Assembly (NCBI GenBank): GCA_052145175.1 | Contig: JBKQPD010000157.1 | Coordinates: forward strand, 1,658-65,657 | DNA: 64,000 nt | Source: Candidatus Binataceae bacterium | GTDB taxonomy: Bacteria > Desulfobacterota > Binatia > Binatales > Binataceae | Reading direction: 5' to 3' | Shown: piece after piece, positions 55,054 through 62,124 of the stretch | Position numbering within the stretch: the stretch's first letter is position 1 | Layout: every line of letters starts with the position of its first letter | Made by a program: the position numbers and the translations under genes | Notes under the pieces: generated by a model | Databases searched by the model: none | Told to the model about the DNA's origin: nothing | Seen by the model: only the letters and a program-made list of their open reading frames with translations

Positions 55054-55833
55054 GTGACGGAGGGCGGCGTCGCGGGCGTATCGGCCGCGGGCAGTCTGTC
55101 GCGCGCAAATCCGCTGCGAGAAAATCTGCTCAGATTTTGCGCCTGGCTGATTCACCTCTATACGGCTTCCGGCGCGATCATCGGCCTGCTGGCGATGCAC
55201 TTTACCGCCCATGACGACTTTCGCACGGCCTTCGTCCTGATGGCGGTCGCGCTCTTTATCGACGCGACCGACGGACCGCTGGCGCGCGCCGTCGCGATCC
55301 GCAAGCGCGTGCCTGAATTCGATGGCACCACCCTGGACAATATCGTCGATTTTCTGAATTATGTCGCGGTGCCGGCCTTCCTGATGGTTCGCGCCGGGCT
55401 GCTCGTCGTGGGCAACGCAGGGCTCGCGAGCGCGGGGTTCGTGATGCTCGCGAGCGCCTACGGCTTCTGCCGGGTCGACGCGAAGACCGCCGATCTCTAT
55501 TTCCGCGGTTTTCCCTCGTATTGGAATCTTGTCGCGTTTTATCTCTTCTGCCTGGGCTGGGCGCCCGCCTTGAACACCCTGATCGTCATTGCGCTGGCGA
55601 TCCTGGTTTTTATGCCGGTGAAGTTCATCTATCCCAACCGCACCGTGCGGATGCGAGCGTTGACGCTCAGTCTGATCGCCATCTGGGCGATCGTGACCGC
55701 GACGCTGCTGATTGAACTCCCGCGCATCAATCCTGTTTTGCTTTACTCCTCGCTGGCGTTCGTCGTTTACTACTTTGTTATGTCGGCCGTCTTGCAAGTA
55801 ACATCGCCGGGACCCGGTTCGCTGCGGGTCTAG
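55054..55833 (+). CDS. pcs: Phosphatidylcholine synthase (CDP-alcohol phosphatidyltransferase family)
   Basis: IHLYTASGA, FIDATDGPLAR (D-G-x2-A-R), FDGTTLDNIVDFLNYVAVPAF, YFRGFPSYWNLVAFYLF and FMPVKFIYPNR parallel rhizobial Pcs as I recall it. Start uncertain: GTG 55054, or ATG 55012 overlapping the phosphatase gene. Confidence 0.7.
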   Translation: MTEGGVAGVSAAGSLSRANPLRENLLRFCAWLIHLYTASGAIIGLLAMHFTAHDDFRTAFVLMAVALFIDATDGPLARAVAIRKRVPEFDGTTLDNIVDFLNYVAVPAFLMVRAGLLVVGNAGLASAGFVMLASAYGFCRVDAKTADLYFRGFPSYWNLVAFYLFCLGWAPALNTLIVIALAILVFMPVKFIYPNRTVRMRALTLSLIAIWAIVTATLLIELPRINPVLLYSSLAFVVYYFVMSAVLQVTSPGPGSLRV

Positions 55834-55843
55834 TGGGTCAACT

Positions 55844-57643
55844 ATGGCCGCTGATGTAATCCCCGCGACGCCCGCCTGGCTCGAGATACTAAGGGGCAAC
55901 GCCCCGGTATTGTTGATCGCGCCGCATGGCGGCCGCGCCGGGGCGGCGGCCCGTGCGACGCTCCATCCCAAGGTCAACGACCTCGAGACGGCGGCCATCA
56001 CCCGCGAACTCGCGGAGCGGCTCGACGCCACCGCGCTCGTGAACTCGGGCATGGACCGCAATGATCTCGATTGCAACCGGCTGTCGCAGGTTATGGAGCG
56101 CGAGCCCTGGCTGCTCGAGACGATCGCGGACGAAGTCGCGCGTATCACGGCCCGCCACGGCCGCGTGACCGTCCTGCTGATCCACGGCTGGAACATTATC
56201 GAACCCCGGGTCGATCTCGGGCTGGGCCTGAAGGAGCGCAACGGCCGGCTGCATCCGACGCGCGGCGCGCATATCGCGGCCGACGACGAATTCATCCAGG
56301 ATACCGCCCACGCGCTCGCGACCCGTTTGCGTCAGGCCGGGATCGTGACGACCTTCGGACTGCGCTATCCGGGGGGCGCCGCACAAAATCTGTTGCAGGC
56401 CTTCACGCCGCGTCACGCCGCGAGCGATCATCCCGCGGTGCGCCGGCTCGCCAATTTGGCGGCGACCGGCGTGATCAATGCCTTGCAGCTCGAGCTTTCG
56501 GTTGCGGTGCGGCTCGCCGGCGACGTGCGGCGGAACATGATCGACGCGGTCGTCGCGACTTTCGGCCCGCCTCGGGGTGACGGCGCCAGCCGGTCCGCGA
56601 TCGCCGTCGTGCGCGACGCACCGCCGAAGCCGGCGCGTAAATCCGTAGCCAGCTCGGCTAACCTTCCCCCTTTTCGCATCGGGGTCGAATTCTACGACCC
56701 GGCAATCGGTCTCGGCGGCATGGCCAGCTTTGATTTTGGACCGAACGCCGCGGGCGGGCGCATCATGATGCTGTTCGAACGCCGCCGCGTCGCGCTTTTC
56801 ACGGGCGAGGGCGGAGCAGTGCGAATCGGCGACAGCGTCGCACTGGGGCCGTTGACCCTGGACGGCGGTGCGGGCAGCAGCGGCCTGCGTTTCCACGGTC
56901 CCGCCGTGGTCGTCGACGACGGTACGGCCTATCTGAGCGTCGAGGGGGCGCTCGCCGGGGGACGACTCGATCCCGCGATGGAAGTCGACACGACGCTCGA
57001 GTTCGCAGATGGTGCGCCGCGTTTTGGCGACGTGCTGGGCCGGCTCGAAGCAATCATCGCGCAGCTCGCCCAGGCTCGGGCCGGCGCCGACGAAGTCGCG
57101 CCGATCATCGTGCCGCGCTCCAGCTTCGGCCGCTTACGCGGCGCAGTCAGCTTCGACGGTGCGCGCCACCGGCTCGACGCGATCGCGCGGGTCGGCGTTT
57201 CGTTCACCGGGCTCGGGACGCGGAACTTCGCTCAGCGCCGGATGGTCTGGGCCTGCCTCGATGGCGTACAACCGCACGAGGCCCTTGAGCTGAGCGCGCT
57301 GGAATTTGACGCTTCGCCGACCCATCGTAGTGCCGCGCTGCTCGCTTGCGGCGCCTGGCAGCAGGCCCAACTTTGCGGCCTCGAGCTTGAGGCGGCGTCG
57401 CCCTACGTGCCGCCGGACAAGATCGCCGCGTCAATCATCGACGCCTCGCGCGTAATTGCCCTGGAGGGAGTTCCCGACACCTTCATGACCCTATCCCGGC
57501 CCGGACCTGACGGCAGCCGAATCCACACGTCTTTAGGCTTCGCCCGTTATCGAATCGACGGCCGCGAGAGCGCCGGCATGTACGAATACTCGCGCCGCGC
57601 GGGAACTGCGACGCTCGACGGAGCGTCCAGTACAGGGGATTAG
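55844..57643 (+). CDS. Hypothetical 599-aa protein; N-terminal third weakly N-formylglutamate-amidohydrolase-like
   Basis: Longest ORF with strong GC3 bias, 10 nt after pcs. The N-terminus (VLLIAPHGGRAG .. NDLDCNRL .. VLLIHGW) recalls the FGase fold. The remainder is unrecognised. Confidence 0.5.
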   Translation: MAADVIPATPAWLEILRGNAPVLLIAPHGGRAGAAARATLHPKVNDLETAAITRELAERLDATALVNSGMDRNDLDCNRLSQVMEREPWLLETIADEVARITARHGRVTVLLIHGWNIIEPRVDLGLGLKERNGRLHPTRGAHIAADDEFIQDTAHALATRLRQAGIVTTFGLRYPGGAAQNLLQAFTPRHAASDHPAVRRLANLAATGVINALQLELSVAVRLAGDVRRNMIDAVVATFGPPRGDGASRSAIAVVRDAPPKPARKSVASSANLPPFRIGVEFYDPAIGLGGMASFDFGPNAAGGRIMMLFERRRVALFTGEGGAVRIGDSVALGPLTLDGGAGSSGLRFHGPAVVVDDGTAYLSVEGALAGGRLDPAMEVDTTLEFADGAPRFGDVLGRLEAIIAQLAQARAGADEVAPIIVPRSSFGRLRGAVSFDGARHRLDAIARVGVSFTGLGTRNFAQRRMVWACLDGVQPHEALELSALEFDASPTHRSAALLACGAWQQAQLCGLELEAASPYVPPDKIAASIIDASRVIALEGVPDTFMTLSRPGPDGSRIHTSLGFARYRIDGRESAGMYEYSRRAGTATLDGASSTGD

Positions 57644-57755
57644 CCGCGTCGCTTAGAACGGACATTGCTATCCTTCTATAGCAAGTGTACAAGCTCTATT
57701 TTGTTGGCTCCGTATCCGCCAAACCGAAGCGTCCCCCTGTCTGGAGGTAAGCCAA

Positions 57756-58358
57756 ATGAACCGATTCGCACAACTGGGCTGTGTGGTAGTTCTTAGCTTT
57801 TTGGGCGGCTGCGGCGGCTTAACCAACGCGGCATCTAGTGGTGATGCGCCTGCAGTGCAGGCGCTGATAGACAAGGGGGCCGACGTCAATGCCAAGAACC
57901 TCGCTGGAACGACGCCGCTCATATGGGCCTCGCAGAATGGTCACCTTGATGTGGTGCAGCTGCTGCTCGACAAGGGAGCCGACGTTAACGCCAAGCAGAA
58001 TAACGACGGTGCGACCGCGCTGATGATAGCCTCCTACTTCGGTCACGTTGACGTGGCGCAGGCGCTGCTCGCCAAGGGGGCCGACGTCAATGCTATGGCG
58101 AATACCGGCGAGACCGCGCTGACAGGGGCCTCCGCAAACGGCCACCCTGAGGTGGTACAGGCACTGATCGAAAGCGGGGCCTCTAGCCAGGTTGCCGTCA
58201 ACGGCACGTCCCCGGCGTTCGCGCCCGGCGTTGGCTTTGCTCAGCCTTTGCCTTATGGTGAAACTGCTATGGGCATACAGTCGGACCTTAACCAAGCGGC
58301 CGTCCAGAATCAGATCAATAACCGGTGGGACGCCGCCGTCATGAACCGGATGCGCTGA
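57756..58358 (+). CDS. Ankyrin-repeat lipoprotein
   Basis: Lipobox VLSFLGGCGG, then four ANK repeats (G.TPLIWASQNGHLDVVQLLLDKGADVNAK..). GGAGG RBS. Confidence 0.75.
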   Translation: MNRFAQLGCVVVLSFLGGCGGLTNAASSGDAPAVQALIDKGADVNAKNLAGTTPLIWASQNGHLDVVQLLLDKGADVNAKQNNDGATALMIASYFGHVDVAQALLAKGADVNAMANTGETALTGASANGHPEVVQALIESGASSQVAVNGTSPAFAPGVGFAQPLPYGETAMGIQSDLNQAAVQNQINNRWDAAVMNRMR

Positions 58359-58449
58359 GGAAAACTGGGACGGAGATTCTGCGCACCCCGAGATGTTGAG
58401 AGTTCTCGTCAGAAACTGGTTTTCAAGCCCAGAAGATTGGTCGCGACCG

Positions 58450-59370
58450 TTAGATGGCCGTTGATTGAGCGGAGACCTTAGGCCTGGTGGCGTGATCGAT
58501 CGCCTGCGCGATCGCTGAGAGCTGCTTGGCCAGGGGCGTATCGGGATATTCGCGCACGAAGAGGATACCGCGATCGGTGCTTTCCGCGAGGTGGGGATCG
58601 AAGGGCAACCGCTCGATCAGTGGAATACCCAGATCGTGCGCGACCGGGGCGACGGACCCCTGCGGCATCAGCGGCCGCACCGAGTGACAGCCCTCGCAAC
58701 TGAACCCGGCCATATTTTCGATTACGCCGATCACCGCGGTGGCATTCGCCGCCGCCACCTCGCCCATAGTGCGCGCGGCCCGGGCCGACAATGCCGAAGG
58801 ATGTGTCAAAATCATAAGGGCGGCCTGCGGCACGATCCGGTTGAGGCGCGCCACGGCCTCGATCCCCGGCGGCAGGTCGACCAGCAGCAAATCGAGCGCA
58901 CCCAGCCGGGTCTGCTCAAACAGTTGCCGCAGCGTCTTCGCATAACCAACTTCGACCACTCTCCGGCCGTTACTCTGGGGCGGCGGCTGGTCGTCGAACT
59001 CGATAAAGCTGACGGGCGTGGAATCGACGTCGGGTACCAGCTCGACACTCACCACGCGGATGCCGAGCGGTCCCGCACCGGGTTCGATCCACTCGGTCAC
59101 GGCCGGTCGGCGCGGCGCCCTAATCCCGAGCATCGCGTGGATGCTCGGCGAATTGAGATCCGCGTCGATGATACCGATTTTGCGGCCGGACTGGGCGAGC
59201 GCCGCGGCCAGATTGACCGTAATGGCGCTCTTTCCCACCCCGCCGCGCGCACTGCCGAAGGCGACGACCGCCTTGACCGCCGCGAGGTTGGCCGCCAATT
59301 GCGAGGCCGCGTCGCTCGCACCCGCAAGTCCGTTACGGGTGGAGTTCTCGCCGTCCTTGAAAACTCTCAT
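58450..59370 (-). CDS. Mrp/NBP35/ApbC-family P-loop ATPase (Fe-S cluster carrier-like)
   Basis: VVAFGSARGGVGKSAITVNLAAALA..IIDADL and ENMAGFSCEGCHS (CxxC). The deviant Walker A reads ARGGVGKS rather than GKGGVGKS. Confidence 0.7.
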   Translation of the reverse strand: MRVFKDGENSTRNGLAGASDAASQLAANLAAVKAVVAFGSARGGVGKSAITVNLAAALAQSGRKIGIIDADLNSPSIHAMLGIRAPRRPAVTEWIEPGAGPLGIRVVSVELVPDVDSTPVSFIEFDDQPPPQSNGRRVVEVGYAKTLRQLFEQTRLGALDLLLVDLPPGIEAVARLNRIVPQAALMILTHPSALSARAARTMGEVAAANATAVIGVIENMAGFSCEGCHSVRPLMPQGSVAPVAHDLGIPLIERLPFDPHLAESTDRGILFVREYPDTPLAKQLSAIAQAIDHATRPKVSAQSTAI

Positions 59371-59563
59371 GTAAATGGTGTAACGCTCGCTCCGCGGCGA
59401 CCGCTTGCTTCCCTCTTTAACGGCCCAGCCGCCGCCGGCCTAAGCCCGGCCAGCGCGGTTCTCCCGCCTGGAATGTGCAGTCAACCCCTTCGACAAATCG
59501 CTCACGGGCGCGGCGACGACCCTGGTGCGCAGACGCTCGCCGCGCGGATGCCTGGCTGCTCGC

Positions 59564-60028
59564 TCAAGCACTCTCCTCGTCGGCGTCCGTCGAACCCAGC
59601 TTGCGGTACGTATTGCGGCCGTCATCGAAGCGCCGTTGCGAGCGCGCCTCGCGCTCCTGATCGTGCTGACAGTCGCGACACAGCCGCGTGAACGGCAGCG
59701 CGCGCAGGCGTTCTTCGGCGATCTCGAGTCCGCAGGACTCGCAGACCCCGTAACTGCTATCAGCGATACGGGCGAGCGCATCGTCGATCGACACGCTTTT
59801 GACGCGCTCCCGATCCGACAGGATAAAGTTGATTTCGCGATCGCGCTCCTCCGACGCAAGGTCATAGGTATCCATGCCCTCGTCTTTGTTGCTTTCGCGC
59901 TCCGCCTTGACCTCAGCGTCGATCTCAGCCACCAGCTTGTTCTTCATCTCGAACAAAGCCGCCTGCTGGTCGGCCAGAAACTTCTTCCGGTTTGCCGCCG
60001 CGGTTTTCTTTGGCATCGTTCGTTCCAC
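59564..60028 (-). CDS. DksA/TraR-family C4 zinc-finger protein
   Basis: Coiled-coil N-terminal part and CESCGLEIAEERLRALPFTRLCRDCQ zinc finger. Confidence 0.75.
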   Translation of the reverse strand: MERTMPKKTAAANRKKFLADQQAALFEMKNKLVAEIDAEVKAERESNKDEGMDTYDLASEERDREINFILSDRERVKSVSIDDALARIADSSYGVCESCGLEIAEERLRALPFTRLCRDCQHDQEREARSQRRFDDGRNTYRKLGSTDADEESA

Positions 60029-60037
60029 CCTTTCGCG

Positions 60038-61378
60038 CTAGGCGATCGCGCCGGTGATTTCGCCCACCAGATCATAGGTGCGCGCGCTTTTGATCCGCGC
60101 GCGGACAAACTCACCGGCACGCGCCTCGCCGCGCAGTATTACCATCCCGTCGATCTCCGGCGCCTGCACCGGGGTTCGCCCGCGCATCCGCGTCGCGCTT
60201 CCGGCCAGTTCACCTTCAACCAACACTTCAAGTTCATGTCCAACCAGCGCGCGATTCTTCCGCAATGCGATTTCCGCCTGCAGCTCCATCAGCGCGCGCC
60301 GCCGCCGACGTTTGATCAGCTCCGTCACCTGGCCGGGCATCTCGCCCGCCGCGGTGTTCTCCTCACGCGAGTAGGTAAACACTCCGACCCGATCAAATTG
60401 TTCCCGGCGGATGAAATCGACCAGCCGTTCAAAGGCCTGATCCGTTTCCCCGGGGAAACCGACGATAAACGAGGTGCGGATCGTCACGCCCGGGATCGTC
60501 TCCCGAATTCGTTCGAGCAACGCACTCAGCGCGGTGCCTGACCGTTCACGCCGCATCGCGCGGAGCACGCCATCATCGGCGTGTTGCAGCGGCATATCAA
60601 TATACTTAACCACTTTCGGCAGACCAGCCACCGCATCGAGCAATTCGTGGTTGACGAAATTCGGATAGCAATAGAGCAATCTTATCCAGCGCAAGCCGTC
60701 GATCCGATCAAGCTGCTCGAGCAAGCGCGCGAGCGAGGCGGCAGGCTTGAGATCGCGCCCGTAGGCCGTCAGATCCTGCGCGATCAGATTGATCTCGCGC
60801 ACCCCGCCTGCGACCAACGTCCGCGCTTCCGCGACGACATCGTCGACCGGCCGGCTTTCGTGCGGCCCACGAATCTTCGGGATGATGCAAAAGGCGCACT
60901 TGTGATTGCAACCCTCCGAAACCTTGAGATACGCCGAGAAAAAATCGCCGGTCCGGATGCGGGGCAGATCCGCCCGCGGTACGAGATGCGCCGCGCCCGC
61001 ATACGGGATTGGCCGGTTTTCCGGCGCTTCCGACCGCCTGAGCAGCTCCGGCAGCTCAAGGAAATTGCCCGTGCCGACGAAGATATCGACTTCCGGCAGC
61101 TCGGCACGAAGTTCAGCGCCGTAGCGCTGCGCCATACATCCGCTGACCACCACCCGCCGGCCCACGCCACGATTCTTGACTTCGACGGCTTGCATCACCG
61201 CATCAAGCGACTCTTTTTTCGCGGCCTCGATAAAGGCGCACGTGTTCACCACCAAGACGTCAGCAGCCTCGGGATCGGTGGTCAACTCGAATCCCGAGTG
61301 TGCCAGGACACCCAGCATCAGCTCGCTGTCGGCGAGGTTCTTGGGACATCCCAGCGTCAAGAGGTGAACTCTCTCCAT
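60038..61378 (-). CDS. rimO: Ribosomal protein S12 methylthiotransferase
   Basis: LTLGCPKNLADSE (UPF0004 domain), radical-SAM CNHKCAFCIIP, and a C-terminal TRAM domain. 446 aa. Confidence 0.85.
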   Translation of the reverse strand: MERVHLLTLGCPKNLADSELMLGVLAHSGFELTTDPEAADVLVVNTCAFIEAAKKESLDAVMQAVEVKNRGVGRRVVVSGCMAQRYGAELRAELPEVDIFVGTGNFLELPELLRRSEAPENRPIPYAGAAHLVPRADLPRIRTGDFFSAYLKVSEGCNHKCAFCIIPKIRGPHESRPVDDVVAEARTLVAGGVREINLIAQDLTAYGRDLKPAASLARLLEQLDRIDGLRWIRLLYCYPNFVNHELLDAVAGLPKVVKYIDMPLQHADDGVLRAMRRERSGTALSALLERIRETIPGVTIRTSFIVGFPGETDQAFERLVDFIRREQFDRVGVFTYSREENTAAGEMPGQVTELIKRRRRRALMELQAEIALRKNRALVGHELEVLVEGELAGSATRMRGRTPVQAPEIDGMVILRGEARAGEFVRARIKSARTYDLVGEITGAIA

Positions 61379-61465
61379 AATTTACGGATACCTAAAGGTG
61401 TATATCTGTACCCCTTGGGCGCAGGTGGCGCAATCCATCTATTGTTGCAGAATACTCGGCGCAGC

Positions 61466-62122
61466 CTAGTGCCCCGGCGCGGCATTCACGATATCCGCAC
61501 CCGGCGGCACGGTGAAGCTGAAGATTGACGCTTGCAGCGTCACATTGCGTTGAATATCCGAGAGCTGCAGGTCGGTTGCGTTACCGAGCGCGTCGGCCGT
61601 TCGCAACCTGGTGATATTCAGTGTTTTACTATCCACTCCCAGCTCAATCTTGGCCCCGCCGTCTTTAGGCGTCAGCATCAGATGATCCAGTTCGTCATTC
61701 GCGCCGTCACTGACGGGTTGGCCGTCAAAGTCGCGTTCCAGATCGCCCGCGCCCAGAATGAATGCCGCGATACTGCGATTCTTGAAGGCGCTCCGCTCGG
61801 ACATTTCGACGACCTGATTGAGCCCCGGGTCGTAGTCGTAAAGCGTGGCGCCGTCGGCGACGATCGTTTCAGGTTGGGGCGCGTCGAATTCCCAGCGAAT
61901 CATCCCGGGCTTGCGATACGCGACCTTCCCGCTCCGTTGGCGGGGTGCGCCGCCGGGACTGGTCAGCGTTTCCACGAAGTGCGCCGTAAAGGAGTCGGTC
62001 GAGCGATAATGATGCTGCAGGCGGCCGACCAGCGAAGTTGGATCGCTGACCTGCGCCCAGCCGGCAGCCATCAGGGCCAGCACCAGACCTGAGGCCAACC
62101 TCACTTTCATACCTGACTTCAA
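61466..62122 (-). CDS. lolA: Outer-membrane lipoprotein carrier protein LolA
   Basis: Signal peptide, F.A.F.Q and the YRKPGMIRWEF pattern of LolA. Conserved position downstream of ftsK. Confidence 0.75.
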   Translation of the reverse strand: MKSGMKVRLASGLVLALMAAGWAQVSDPTSLVGRLQHHYRSTDSFTAHFVETLTSPGGAPRQRSGKVAYRKPGMIRWEFDAPQPETIVADGATLYDYDPGLNQVVEMSERSAFKNRSIAAFILGAGDLERDFDGQPVSDGANDELDHLMLTPKDGGAKIELGVDSKTLNITRLRTADALGNATDLQLSDIQRNVTLQASIFSFTVPPGADIVNAAPGH

Positions 62123-62124
62123 CC

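Noticed and set aside
54988-56896. Two long minus-strand ORFs (435 aa and 335 aa)
   Set aside because: They are antisense to pcs and to the 599-aa gene. Both are extremely Arg/Ala/Gly-rich, and the + strand frames show the Pcs motifs and better third-position GC bias.
59525-61528. Plus-strand ORFs of 338 aa and 315 aa
   Set aside because: Antisense shadows of dksA-like and rimO, whose minus-strand frames carry the zinc-finger and radical-SAM motifs.
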